Origin: Pseudomonadota bacterium
Lineage (GTDB): Archaea > Thermoplasmatota > SW-10-69-26 > JACQPN01 > JAJPHT01
NCBI GenBank assembly: GCA_021325135.1
Contig: JAJPHT010000021.1
Span: 1-57,391 of the forward strand
Reading direction: 5' to 3'
Length of the DNA stretch: 57,391 nucleotides
Part shown: positions 9,271 through 18,978 of the stretch, in pieces
Position numbering within the stretch: position 1 is the stretch's first letter
Layout of the letters: each line of letters opens with the position of its first letter
Position numbers and translations under genes: made by a program
Notes under the pieces: generated by a model
Told to the model about the DNA's origin: nothing
The model's database searches: none
Seen by the model: only the letters and a program-made list of their open reading frames with translations

Positions 9271-10577
9271 CCCCCCTGGCCCCCGAGCGCGTGGTGATCG
9301 TCGGCACCGGATACGTCGGCCTCGTGACCGGCGCGTGCCTGGCCTCCATCGGCAACGACGTCACGTGCACGGACGTCGACCCCAAGCGCGTCTCGGCGCT
9401 CACGCGCGGCTCGGTCCCCTTCTACGAGCCCGGCCTCGACGACGTGATCGGCCGCGCCGTGAAGGCCGGGCGCCTCGCCTTCGCGCACGCCTCCGAGCCG
9501 GCCCTGGAGTCCGCGACGGTGGTCTTCATCGCCGTGGGCACGCCCCAGGCGGCGGACGGAACGGCCGATCTGTCGTTCGTCGAGGCCGCCAGCGCGGACG
9601 TCGCCAAGCGCGCGCCCCGCGGCGTCGTCGTCGTGACGCGCAGCACCGTCCCCCCCGGCACGGGCGACCGCCTCGCGCAGCGGGCGCGCGAGCAGGGCAG
9701 GGCCGACATCGAGTTCGTCTCCGCGCCGGAGTTCCTCGCCGAGGGCACGGCGGTCAAGGACTTCCTGGAGCCCTCGCGCCTCGTCTTCGGCGGCAGCCCC
9801 GAGGCGACCCGCCGCGTCGCGGCCCTCTTCTCGGGCATCCCCGAGAGCGCGCCGCGCATCCTCACCGACCGACGCACGGCGGAGCTGTCGAAGTACGCCG
9901 CCAACACGTTCCTCGCCGCGCGCGTCTCCCTCATCAACGAGTTCGCCAACCTCGCCGACGCCCTGGGCGCGGACGTCGCCACGGTCAGCCGCGTCGTGGG
10001 CCTCGACCCGCGCGTGGGCCCCTTGTTCCTGAGGCCCGGCATCGGCTACGGCGGCTCCTGCTTCCCCAAGGACGTGAAGGCGGTCCTGGCGGTCGCCCGC
10101 GCGCAAGGCGTGGACATGCGCGTCGCGCAGGCCGCGGACCGGACCAACGCCGAGCAGTGGCGGGCCGTCCTGCGCAAGTCCCTCCGCCTGCTGGACGACG
10201 CGCCGCGGGGCAAGAAGGTCGCCGTGCTTGGCATCGCGTTCAAGCCCGGCACCGACGACACGCGCATGGCGCCTGGCACCGCCCTCATGGGCGCGCTGCT
10301 GGACGAGGGCGCGACGGTCGTCGCCCACGACCCCAAGGCCACGCTGGACGCGGCCCTCGCCCAGCGCGGCGCGCAGCAGGCCAAGACGGCGCTGGAGGCG
10401 ATCCACGGCGCCGACCTTGTCGTCCTCGTCACCGAGTGGCCAGAATACCGCGCGCTCCCCTGGCACGACGCGCGCGCCGCCATGCGCGCGCCACGCCTCG
10501 TCGACGGACGCAACCACCTCGACCTCCCCGCCCTCCGCAGCCTCGGCTTCACGGCCGAAGGCGTCGGCAAGCCCTGA
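9267..10577 (+). CDS. ugd: UDP-glucose/GDP-mannose dehydrogenase
   Basis: GTGYVG, PEFLAEG, GYGGSCFPKD; GTGA overlap with the upstream gene. Confidence 0.93.
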   Translation: MTPLAPERVVIVGTGYVGLVTGACLASIGNDVTCTDVDPKRVSALTRGSVPFYEPGLDDVIGRAVKAGRLAFAHASEPALESATVVFIAVGTPQAADGTADLSFVEAASADVAKRAPRGVVVVTRSTVPPGTGDRLAQRAREQGRADIEFVSAPEFLAEGTAVKDFLEPSRLVFGGSPEATRRVAALFSGIPESAPRILTDRRTAELSKYAANTFLAARVSLINEFANLADALGADVATVSRVVGLDPRVGPLFLRPGIGYGGSCFPKDVKAVLAVARAQGVDMRVAQAADRTNAEQWRAVLRKSLRLLDDAPRGKKVAVLGIAFKPGTDDTRMAPGTALMGALLDEGATVVAHDPKATLDAALAQRGAQQAKTALEAIHGADLVVLVTEWPEYRALPWHDARAAMRAPRLVDGRNHLDLPALRSLGFTAEGVGKP

Positions 10578-10586
10578 GGCCTCCCC

Positions 10587-11501
10587 ATGACCGCCTTCCA
10601 CACCAAGCACATGCGGGCCGTCATCCCCGCCGCCGGCTTCGGCACGCGCCTCCTGCCCGCCACCAAGTCGATGCCCAAGGAGATGCTCCCCGTCCTCGCC
10701 AAGCCCGTCATCCAGTACGTCGTCGAGGAGGCCGCCGCCGCCGGCATCGAGGACATCCTCATCGTCACCGGCCGCAACAAGCGCGCCATCGAGGACCACT
10801 TCGACGAGGCCCCCGAGCTGGAGGCGTTCCTCGCCGCCAAGGGGCAGACCTCCAGCGTGGACGCGCTACGCTCCACCACGCGCCTGGGCCGCCTCTTCTA
10901 CGTCCGCCAAAGCCAGCCCAAGGGGCTCGGCCACGCCGTCCTCCAGGCCGCCCCCATCACCGGCGACCAGCCCTTCGCCGTCCTCCTGGGCGACGACATC
11001 ATCGTGGGCGCCAAGCCCGCCACGCAGCAGCTTCTGGACGTCTTCCGCCGCAAGGGCCGCAGCGTCTTCTGCGTCCAGCGCGTCCCCGAAGCCGACGTCT
11101 CCAAGTACGGCATCGTCGAGACCGAGCCCCTGGGCGACGGCCTCCACCGCGTCGTCGACATCGTCGAGAAGCCCCCCCGCCACGAGGCCAAGAGCAACCT
11201 CGCCACCATCGGCCGCTACGTCTTCACCCCCACCCTCATGCCCCTCCTCGCCGACACCAAGCCCGGGCTCAACGGCGAGATCCAGCTCACCGACGCCATG
11301 CGGGAATTGCTGAGGCACGAGGATGTTTATTGCCTGGAGTTCGAAGGGGTTCGGCACGACGTGGGGAACCTGGAGGGGTGGCTGGAGGCGACCCTTTCGT
11401 TGGCCGCTGCAGATGCCACACTGGCCCCTCGCCTCCAGGCGATCCTGAAGGCGATCGGCTCGCCGCAGGTCCTTGCCCCTGGCGCCGGTCGCAGGGAGTA
11501 G
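10587..11501 (+). CDS. galU: UTP-glucose-1-phosphate uridylyltransferase
   Basis: AVIPAAGFGTRLLPATKSMPKEMLP, GLGHAV, GEIQLTDA. Confidence 0.94.
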   Translation: MTAFHTKHMRAVIPAAGFGTRLLPATKSMPKEMLPVLAKPVIQYVVEEAAAAGIEDILIVTGRNKRAIEDHFDEAPELEAFLAAKGQTSSVDALRSTTRLGRLFYVRQSQPKGLGHAVLQAAPITGDQPFAVLLGDDIIVGAKPATQQLLDVFRRKGRSVFCVQRVPEADVSKYGIVETEPLGDGLHRVVDIVEKPPRHEAKSNLATIGRYVFTPTLMPLLADTKPGLNGEIQLTDAMRELLRHEDVYCLEFEGVRHDVGNLEGWLEATLSLAAADATLAPRLQAILKAIGSPQVLAPGAGRRE

Positions 11502-11504
11502 CGC

Positions 11505-12722
11505 ATGGCTGCAGGTCCCGAGAAGAAAGTTTTGTTGATCTGCCCCCACTTCCCGCCGGAGTTTATCGCGGGAGCAACGTACACGAAGACGCTCACGGAC
11601 AACCTCCGGTCCAAGGGCTGGACGGTGTACGCCACACCCAGCCAGCCCGCGTTCCCATTCGGGACGCAGTTCAAGCGAGCACCTTGGCGGGAATCGGGTG
11701 AAAGGCTGGAGGTCCGCCGCGTGCCCTCGTTCCCGCCGCGCCGGAAGGACCCACCAACGTGGCATCGTATGCTCCACTTTTTGGCCTATATGATCTTCGC
11801 GTCGATCTTGGGCGTGTTCCTTGTCCTGCGTCACCGGATCCGCGTGGTCATCGTGTCAAGCCCTCCCGAGCCGGTGCTCCTTGCGGGATCTTTCGTCGCC
11901 GCTCTTACCCGCCGCCCGCTAGTGATTGCCGCCAGGGACACGTGGCTGGAGAACGCCGTCACGTTGGGATTCGCCAAGGAAAACGCTGGATGGGTCCGAC
12001 TCTTCCGCTGGATGCGCGCCCGCGCGTTCCGGCGTGCCTCCGCCGTGTTCACAACCTCGAACGAAGTCTTGCGCGTCCTTTCCAAGACCTGTCCCATACC
12101 GTCCCGCACTTACCTGATCACCAACGGATTCGACCCATCTCGAATCCCACGGCTTGAAAAGCGGGATTTGCGCGAACTCGTGTACCTGGGCAATCTCGGA
12201 CACGCCTACGCGTTCGACCCGCTGTTGGAGGCGATGCAACGCCTACCTCCCACCTATCGTCTTCGCTTTGTGGGACGCGGAGATCAGGAGGATGCGCTCC
12301 GAGCCAAGATTCATGCCTTGGGCCTTGCGGGCCGGGTCAGCATGGAATCCACGGATTCCAAGGACCAAATCTTCGCGATGCTGGCCTCCGCCGGCCTTGG
12401 ATTGTCCCCGCTGAAAGAGGATCCGCGGCTGGGTGGCGTGCTTCCCATCAAACTCATTGAATACATGGGCTGCGGCCTTCCGTTCGTCGCCAGCGGGGCG
12501 GGGGAAACCGCTCGCATCGCAACGGAAAGTCAAGGCGGCCGTCTCGTCTCTCTTGAGCCACAGGCCTGGGTAGACGCGATTCTTTTCCTAAGCACGAACG
12601 AGGAGCAATACGAGGTCGCGTCTGCCCGAGGTCGCTCATACGCCAAGGCTTTCGAAACTCCCACCATCGCCGAACTCACAGACCGAGCGCTGATGGACCT
12701 GATCGAAAGGAGGAGCGCATGA
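11505..12722 (+). CDS. Glycosyltransferase family 4
   Basis: HFPPE, SSPP, YLGNLG, PIKLIEYMGCGLPFV. Confidence 0.9.
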   Translation: MAAGPEKKVLLICPHFPPEFIAGATYTKTLTDNLRSKGWTVYATPSQPAFPFGTQFKRAPWRESGERLEVRRVPSFPPRRKDPPTWHRMLHFLAYMIFASILGVFLVLRHRIRVVIVSSPPEPVLLAGSFVAALTRRPLVIAARDTWLENAVTLGFAKENAGWVRLFRWMRARAFRRASAVFTTSNEVLRVLSKTCPIPSRTYLITNGFDPSRIPRLEKRDLRELVYLGNLGHAYAFDPLLEAMQRLPPTYRLRFVGRGDQEDALRAKIHALGLAGRVSMESTDSKDQIFAMLASAGLGLSPLKEDPRLGGVLPIKLIEYMGCGLPFVASGAGETARIATESQGGRLVSLEPQAWVDAILFLSTNEEQYEVASARGRSYAKAFETPTIAELTDRALMDLIERRSA

Positions 12723-13771
12723 GTTCAGAGCCATTGCCGCCTGGAGTCGTGATGTTTCCGCAGAACCACGACTTGATCAAGCTCTACGCCGACGAACTCC
12801 GCGCGCAAGGTCATCGCGTCGCTCTCCTTCCGTCCTTCCACTACGCCGCTCCTCTCAACTTCTTGAAGATGGGTTTGCTTCGCGCACGCGGCTATCGCGT
12901 GTTTCACGTGCATTGGCTCTTTTTTTATCCCAAGGCGCTCCTGGGAGTCTTCTCTGCTTGGGCCCGGTTTCTCGGATACAAGATCGTCTTCGAAGTCCAC
13001 AATGTAGAGCCTCACGAGAATTCGCGCGAAGTGGGTGGGGCTCCGCGGAGGCGATTCTTCCAGCGGGCGGATGCGGCGATCGTCCACTATCGCGCAAATC
13101 TTCCTGCCGTCGCGAAGCAGCTTGGGACTGGCCCTAGAATCTATGTTGTCCCTCATCCCGCATTCCGCGCTGACTTGCGTCCCAGTCGCGAGGAAGCTCG
13201 CCGGGCGCTCGGCATCTCGCGCGACCGCCGCGTGCTACTTGCCTTTGGTGCATGGAAGCGATACAAGGGTTACGAGCCCCTTGTCCGCTCCTTCCGGCGT
13301 CTTCGAGACCAAAGCGCCATGCTGGTCATCGCAGGAAAGCCGGGAGAATCGTCCCTTCGCGAATTCATCGAGGCTGCCGCGGCTCAAGACCCGCGAATCT
13401 TGCTGATACCGAAGCACCTTGACGATGCCGAGATGGGCCGCTTTTTCGCTGCTTGCGACGCGGCAGTCCAGCCATACCTTGAAATCACGACGTCTGGCGC
13501 GATTCTCATGTCGCTTTCTCATGGTCGGCCCGTCATCACGACGCGCTTGGGGGGAAACGCAGAAGTGGTGGAAGAGGGAGTCACGGGATATCTTTGCGCC
13601 CCCGACAACGAGGAGTCGCTTGTCGAGGCGATGGAGCGGGCCTTGAACGCGAAGCCAGCATCGTCTGAAGAGTTCTCACGGGCAATCGAGCCGATTCAAC
13701 CTGACGCCGTTGCTCGCCAATTTGTGGCCATCTATCAAGACTTGCTGACAAACGGGGGGGTATCGGATTGA
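12719..13771 (+). CDS. Glycosyltransferase family 4
   Basis: FGAWKRYKG, PYLEITTSGA..LSHGRPVI. Confidence 0.9.
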   Translation: MSSEPLPPGVVMFPQNHDLIKLYADELRAQGHRVALLPSFHYAAPLNFLKMGLLRARGYRVFHVHWLFFYPKALLGVFSAWARFLGYKIVFEVHNVEPHENSREVGGAPRRRFFQRADAAIVHYRANLPAVAKQLGTGPRIYVVPHPAFRADLRPSREEARRALGISRDRRVLLAFGAWKRYKGYEPLVRSFRRLRDQSAMLVIAGKPGESSLREFIEAAAAQDPRILLIPKHLDDAEMGRFFAACDAAVQPYLEITTSGAILMSLSHGRPVITTRLGGNAEVVEEGVTGYLCAPDNEESLVEAMERALNAKPASSEEFSRAIEPIQPDAVARQFVAIYQDLLTNGGVSD

Positions 13772-15495
13772 ACAAAACGGTCGCCATGTTGCAAGGGACG
13801 ATTGGGCGTCGCGCCCTTATCGCCTCCGTCTTGGGCTTGCCGTTCCTCGCGATCTGCGCCGCCGCCGCTGTCAACTGGACAGGAAGCCCAGCGTTGGCGA
13901 TGGTGTTCCTGAGCGCCGCTGCGATCCTTCCCGTTCTTGTGGTCGCAAGGCAGACCGAGGATTGGCTGCTTCCTGCGACGATCTATTCGGTGGCCCTTGC
14001 TCTCCTTCTTCACAATTCATTGGTTTCGGACTACATCTGGGGGTGGGATATCAACACGGAGCGATTTTCCGCGCAGACCGTCCTCCAGACTGGGCATTGG
14101 GATCCCAACACGTCAGGCAACGTCAACGCGATGCTGAGCATCGTCATGCTCGCCCCCGCTCTGGCCTCCTTGACAGGGCTCCAGATTCATGAGGTCTTCA
14201 AGTTCATCTTCCCTCTCGCGTTCGCCTTCGTGCCTCTCTTGGTCTATTACGCAGCGCGAGAGCAGACGTCTACGCGTATCGCGTTCCTCGCGGCCATGTT
14301 CCTGGTGATGAGCAGCGTCTTTTTCAGCGAGATGTTGCAGGTCGCGCGCCAGGAAATCGCCGAACTGGAGTTGGCCAGCGCAATCCTGCTGATGTGCTGC
14401 GCACGGACAAACATCGTGAGGCAATCTCTCCTTCTCATTGCGTTCCTTGCAGCGGTCGTCGTTTCCCACTATGGTTTGGCTTATATCATGCTTGGATTGC
14501 TCGGAGGTGCAACAGTCCTTGTCCTCTTCTTGCCACGGTTCCAATCTCGCGCGCAGCGCCTTGCGTTCAACGTGAACCTCGTCGCCCTTTTCGGCGTAGT
14601 AACTTTAGGTTGGTACATCTATGCCTCCGGCGGGTCCCCGTTCGAGAGCATTGTCAAGATTGGATCGCGAGTCAGTGAATCACTGTTCACCAAATTCCTC
14701 GATCCGACCGCTGCACAAGGCGTGACCGTCCTTGTCAGTAGCCTCTCGGTCCAACGTGAGATTACTCGATTCCTTCACTTGGCAAGCCAGTTGGCAATCA
14801 CGCTTGGGCTGGCGATAGTCCTGTTTCGTCGCTCAGAAAATCGCTTCCGGACGGACTATTTGAGCCTGAGCTCCTTGGCGTTTGTTCTCCTCATTGCAGG
14901 CATTGGCGTTCCGTACTTCGCAAGCGCAATCAACACAACCCGGCTCTACCACATTTCGACCCTCTTTCTGGCGCCCTTCTTCGTCATGGGTTTGCTGTGG
15001 CTGCTTGGACGGGCCGTTGCCCGAAAGAAGGTCGACACGCCGTCGTGGTCTTACCTCGCAATCGCCGGCTTCCTAGGCGTCTTCCTGCTGTTCAATGCAG
15101 GCTTCGTCTACAAGATTACCGGAGACGAGCCAGCCACGGCAGCGTTTGCCACTGGAACGGATTATCCTTCGTTCTCTGTGGGCGAACGAGACGCGGCGGC
15201 TTGGGCAAGCCACGACGGAAAGGCGGTCGTCTACGCCGACAGCTATCGCTCCCTCCTCATGACGGGTTTCTCGGGCGACAACGCTCGCATGTATACCACA
15301 AACGTTCCTGCCATCCCAAGGGGAGATTACTTCTTGGAAGGCAATCGGAACGTTGAAACACACTTCCTTCGTGCGCTTGATCTCGGCTACTCAACAATCC
15401 GTACTGCAATCGATGTCCCAACGTCACACATCGATGGGAAGCTCAATTTGGTCTACGACAATGGGCAGTCGCGCGTTTATCGCGCGGGCGCATGA
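13768..15495 (+). CDS. DUF2206-like polytopic membrane protein (possible GT-C or polymerase)
   Basis: LVSDYIWGWDINTE, ARQEIAEL, SHYG, TRLYH, NLVYDNG motifs typical of the archaeal DUF2206 family. Confidence 0.75.
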   Translation: MNKTVAMLQGTIGRRALIASVLGLPFLAICAAAAVNWTGSPALAMVFLSAAAILPVLVVARQTEDWLLPATIYSVALALLLHNSLVSDYIWGWDINTERFSAQTVLQTGHWDPNTSGNVNAMLSIVMLAPALASLTGLQIHEVFKFIFPLAFAFVPLLVYYAAREQTSTRIAFLAAMFLVMSSVFFSEMLQVARQEIAELELASAILLMCCARTNIVRQSLLLIAFLAAVVVSHYGLAYIMLGLLGGATVLVLFLPRFQSRAQRLAFNVNLVALFGVVTLGWYIYASGGSPFESIVKIGSRVSESLFTKFLDPTAAQGVTVLVSSLSVQREITRFLHLASQLAITLGLAIVLFRRSENRFRTDYLSLSSLAFVLLIAGIGVPYFASAINTTRLYHISTLFLAPFFVMGLLWLLGRAVARKKVDTPSWSYLAIAGFLGVFLLFNAGFVYKITGDEPATAAFATGTDYPSFSVGERDAAAWASHDGKAVVYADSYRSLLMTGFSGDNARMYTTNVPAIPRGDYFLEGNRNVETHFLRALDLGYSTIRTAIDVPTSHIDGKLNLVYDNGQSRVYRAGA

Positions 15496-16733
15496 TGATA
15501 TAGGAAAGTGGCCGCAGCACCTAGCGTCATCGCGGCGAACCAGGCCCAGCCCGCAAGCACCATGTTTGGAACCGCAAAGAAGAGCAGGCCGACGAAGGAG
15601 GCGGCTGCCACAATGGGCCCAGCCACAAGAGGGACGTAACGATTCTGCCCGCGGAGCAGAGCGATCCTGGCTTGGAGGACGTAGCCCGGAATGGCTGCGA
15701 TGGCGAAGGGGATGATTGCCCAGAAGCCTCTTTGAGCGTAGTAAGGCCCAAAGACCGGCAGAAGAACCCATCCGGCAACCATGACGCCCGCCGATGCAGC
15801 CAAAGCCAAGGCGAACGGCTTCCCGAAGAGCCGAGCAGAGGCGGAAGCAGTCCCGCTGAGTTCAACAAGGAGGGTCTGCCCAAACGCCGTTGGCACGATC
15901 ATGCCGACGGATCCGATCATCCAGAGGACATAGAACACCGCTGCATCCTGGGCGCTTCCCCGCTGAAGAACAAGAACGGGGCCGATCGCCGCCGGGATGG
16001 CCAGCGCAAGAGAAACCGCGTAGTTGGACGCGCTTGCGCGGAAGGTCATGCGGAACGTCTCCGGGTCAATCCGAAGACGCGGGACATATCCGGGCTCTGC
16101 GCGCCGGAGCCAAAGAACCGAGGCGATTCCAGCGGCGATGCTCACGGATCCAATTGCTGCCAGAACAATTCCGGGGGCATGAAAAATTGGCGCCAGGGCC
16201 AGGAGAAGCGCGACGCGGGCAAGGGCGTGAATCGTGTTTTTGGCCAGCGCGTAGTCGCTCCGCCGACGGGACGTGAAGGCAAGATCGAGCAACGAAGCCG
16301 CCGTCCACATGACGGTCAAGACCACCGTCCCCACGGCGAAGAACGGATTGTCGCGCATGGCGACGAGCTCGCTGGCCCAAAATGGAGTTCCAAGAAGAAA
16401 TACAAGCGACGCGAGGATGGATCCAATTGCTGTGAGGGTCAAGGCGGTATCGAGGATGCGCCCGGCCTCTCCCTCTTTGACCGCCGGCAGGAACCGCAAG
16501 AGTGAGATGTCCATGCCGAGCTTTGCGAGCGTGGCGAGAAACATCAGAATCGCGACAGCGGCAGAAGCGCGCCCCACTTCGCTTGGGACCGCCACGCGGG
16601 CGACAAGCGCCCAGAAGATGAATCCCGACCCCGCCACTACGAGTGTATTGAGAATGAGGTAGTAGGAGTTGCGGTAGAACGGATCGTTCCAATGGCTACG
16701 AAGATCCGCCACGACCTTGGACCATGCTGCCAT
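15477..16733 (-). CDS. Oligosaccharide flippase (Wzx-like)
   Basis: RNSYYLILNT...GFIFW; about 12 TM helices. Confidence 0.85.
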   Translation of the reverse strand: MAAWSKVVADLRSHWNDPFYRNSYYLILNTLVVAGSGFIFWALVARVAVPSEVGRASAAVAILMFLATLAKLGMDISLLRFLPAVKEGEAGRILDTALTLTAIGSILASLVFLLGTPFWASELVAMRDNPFFAVGTVVLTVMWTAASLLDLAFTSRRRSDYALAKNTIHALARVALLLALAPIFHAPGIVLAAIGSVSIAAGIASVLWLRRAEPGYVPRLRIDPETFRMTFRASASNYAVSLALAIPAAIGPVLVLQRGSAQDAAVFYVLWMIGSVGMIVPTAFGQTLLVELSGTASASARLFGKPFALALAASAGVMVAGWVLLPVFGPYYAQRGFWAIIPFAIAAIPGYVLQARIALLRGQNRYVPLVAGPIVAAASFVGLLFFAVPNMVLAGWAWFAAMTLGAAATFLYHHAPAR

Positions 16734-16736
16734 CGG

Positions 16737-17624
16737 TTACCCCACGATCGTCCCGAAGAGGCGCAGTTCGCGCAGCGGAGCGCCCGAAGAATCCCGGAGC
16801 TCAATGGAAACCGCAAACGGCCCATGCGCCGCAGGAACTTGGACTTGGACGGGTACTGTCGCGGACCCATCTCCTTGGATTTGAACTGGAGATAGCGATA
16901 GCGTTCCGTTTGCTGTGGGTTGAAAAACGGTCGCGTTCTGCGAAGGGTCGAACGCATACGCGCCTGGATCCGCATGGCTCGCGATCGTCAGGCCAGCGGC
17001 AGTTGATTCGTGCGTCCGGATTGTGACGTTGAAGGTCAAGACGGACGAAGGCTGGCTGGTGGAGAGGGCCGCCTGAAGGCCTGGTGTTTCTTGGACCGCA
17101 AACTCCAGAGGGTGCTGGGCAGCCGGGGAAAGCAGGGGTAAGAGAATTCCGGCAGCCAGCAAACTGATCGTAGCGACGGTAAGCACTCCCACCACGCCTT
17201 TCGACGCGCGTGTGTCCTCCGTCATGCTCGCGTCATCGGTGCGGTTCCTTCGTCCATGAACGACAAGGAATCCGAAAAGAAGACACCACACGACGAGGAC
17301 GCCGATCACGGTCGACGCCTGGATTCCCGCTGACGTGAAGTTGAGCGCCAAGGTCAATACCATGACAATGGCGGCGCTCGCGCCCACACCCAGAAGCGCG
17401 CGAATCCCCCATGCTGATAGCTGCGCGTCTTGCCTCCGCCCCATTCCGCGTCCTTCCAGGAGCGATCCAATGGCGAGATATCCGGGGGCGAAAAACGCAA
17501 ACGGAGTTCCCGCGGCGAGCCGGAGAGCCGGCGGCCAGCCGGGGACGAAAACGCCGAGTGCGGCGAGGACGCCCAAAGCGCCAAGGGCGAAGAGATCCCC
17601 AAAGCGCCACATCTTCGCATCCAC
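16737..17624 (-). CDS. DUF1616-like membrane protein
   Basis: FFAPGY, ALNFT motifs in the TM N-terminus; C-terminal RELRL. Confidence 0.7.
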   Translation of the reverse strand: MDAKMWRFGDLFALGALGVLAALGVFVPGWPPALRLAAGTPFAFFAPGYLAIGSLLEGRGMGRRQDAQLSAWGIRALLGVGASAAIVMVLTLALNFTSAGIQASTVIGVLVVWCLLFGFLVVHGRRNRTDDASMTEDTRASKGVVGVLTVATISLLAAGILLPLLSPAAQHPLEFAVQETPGLQAALSTSQPSSVLTFNVTIRTHESTAAGLTIASHADPGAYAFDPSQNATVFQPTANGTLSLSPVQIQGDGSATVPVQVQVPAAHGPFAVSIELRDSSGAPLRELRLFGTIVG

Positions 17625-17671
17625 TGGAATCTCACCGCCGTGCGCGGCTCTGGGTCATCGGATGAAAAAAA

Positions 17672-17744
17672 TGGACGCGGCGAGATTCGAACTCGCGGCC
17701 TCTCCCATGCCAAGGGAGTGATCTACCAACTGATCTACGCGCCC
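17672..17744 (-). tRNA. tRNA-Ala (GGC)
   Basis: GGGCGCG...CTCCC-TT-GGC-AT-GGGAG...GTTCGAATC...CGCGTCCA cloverleaf. Confidence 0.96.
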
Positions 17745-17790
17745 GGTGCGGTTGCGGCTCCTGGTCCCAGCGAAGGGTTCCAGAAGCGAG

Positions 17791-17864
17791 TGGGCTCACC
17801 CAGATTCGAACTGGGGATCTTCTCCATGTCAAGGAGATGTCCTAACCAACTAGACCATGAGCCC
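17791..17864 (-). tRNA. tRNA-Val (GAC)
   Basis: GGGCTCA...TCTCC-TT-GAC-AT-GGAGA...GTTCGAATC...TGAGCCCA cloverleaf. Confidence 0.96.
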
Positions 17865-18038
17865 GTGGTTTTCCCAGGGGGAACGCAGCGAGCAAAGCGT
17901 TTCCCCTATTTCATGGTTGCCCAGCTTGCGCGGCGTGGCGGGGCGCGCGGCGCGGGGTTGCGGCGTCCATGGGAAGCTCCCTGGCTGGCCCCCAAGGGTT
18001 TTTAAGGAATCGCGCCTTCGCTCGGCCCGTCGATCCCC

Positions 18039-18167
18039 ATGCCCTCCAAGGCCATGTGTCCCCAGTGCGGCCAGAAGATCCGCGGTCCTTCGCACGTCTG
18101 CGACCCGACGAAGGTCGTGCGCGAGCAGAAGCGCCAGGCGGTCCTGGCGAAGCTGGCGGGCAAGTAG
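18039..18167 (+). CDS. Small CPxCG zinc-finger protein (42 aa), not in the ORF track
   Basis: MPSKAMCPQCGQKIRGPSHVCDPTKVVREQKRQAVLAKLAGK; TTTTTAAG box at ~17999; hairpin plus T-tract after the stop. Confidence 0.75.
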   Translation: MPSKAMCPQCGQKIRGPSHVCDPTKVVREQKRQAVLAKLAGK

Positions 18168-18190
18168 ACCCTCCGGGTCTCGTTTTTTCT
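18167..18190 (+). terminator. Putative terminator
   Basis: gaccc-tcc-gggtc followed by cgttttttct. Confidence 0.55.
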
Positions 18191-18194
18191 CGGG

Positions 18195-18926
18195 CTACGG
18201 CGGGGCCGCGGCGCGGACCCCGAGCCGGATGCCGTCGCGTCTTGCTTGCGCGAGCGTGAGCTTCAGGGCTCCGATCTCGCGGAGGTTCGCGACGAGGGGC
18301 GCGTCGCAAGGGAGGACGCTGCGCGCGCCGCATCTTGCAAGGCGCAGCGTGGGCTCCTCCGGCGCGATGGCGTCCAGCGCGACGTCCTGGGGTGTGGCGA
18401 GCTTGGCGGCCTCGTCGCGGGGGGCCCAGAGGGCGGTGACGTCCTCGCGGGTGGCGGCCATCTCCTGGGCGCGCGCGACGAGGCGCGGCAGCGCGGCGCG
18501 GGGGTCCTCGCGGAAGCGCGCCGTGAGCCGGACCTCGCCCCCGCCCACCACCGCGGGCGCCTCCAGGAGGAGGCCCAGCTGCTCGTGGAGGGCCGCGACG
18601 AGGAGGTGCATGGCGGCGTGGGCGCGCGCCTGCTGCTCGCGCCGCGGCGCGTCCAGGTGCAGCTGCGCCTTGGCGCCCACGGCGGGCAGCGGGCCCGACG
18701 TCTTGTGGACGAGGCGCCCCTTGGCGTCCCAGAAGACGCGGTCGAGCTTCAGCTTGTGGCCCTCGGCGAGGACGTGGCCCAGGTCGCAGGGCTGCGCGTG
18801 GCGGTAGCGCGGATCGGCGGCGTGGAAGATCGTCTTGTCCAGGAGGAAGCCGCCCGAGGCGTGCCCCGAGACGGCGGCGAGGGCGGTCTTGCGGCGCGGG
18901 TCCTCCAGGTAGAGGCGTTGCGTCAC
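18195..18926 (-). CDS. AlaX-like alanyl-tRNA editing protein (degenerate Zn motif)
   Basis: TQRLYLED, LDKTIFH, HAAMH (HxxxH), CDAPL in place of CGGTH, REIG. Confidence 0.75.
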   Translation of the reverse strand: MTQRLYLEDPRRKTALAAVSGHASGGFLLDKTIFHAADPRYRHAQPCDLGHVLAEGHKLKLDRVFWDAKGRLVHKTSGPLPAVGAKAQLHLDAPRREQQARAHAAMHLLVAALHEQLGLLLEAPAVVGGGEVRLTARFREDPRAALPRLVARAQEMAATREDVTALWAPRDEAAKLATPQDVALDAIAPEEPTLRLARCGARSVLPCDAPLVANLREIGALKLTLAQARRDGIRLGVRAAAPP

Positions 18927-18978
18927 GGCGCTCAACGCGTCGCCTCCGGCGCCACGTCGGCGGTCGTTCGCGATGCGC

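Larger units (their letters stand above)
11300..17671. other. Lower-GC glycosylation island (variable cassette)
   Basis: Abrupt rise in A/T third-codon positions from the 3' part of galU up to the tRNA-Ala 3' end; no integrase present. Confidence 0.8.

Noticed and set aside
11300-17744. Integrative element or prophage at tRNA-Ala
   Set aside because: No integrase, no duplicated tRNA 3' end seen at the left boundary, and no viral genes
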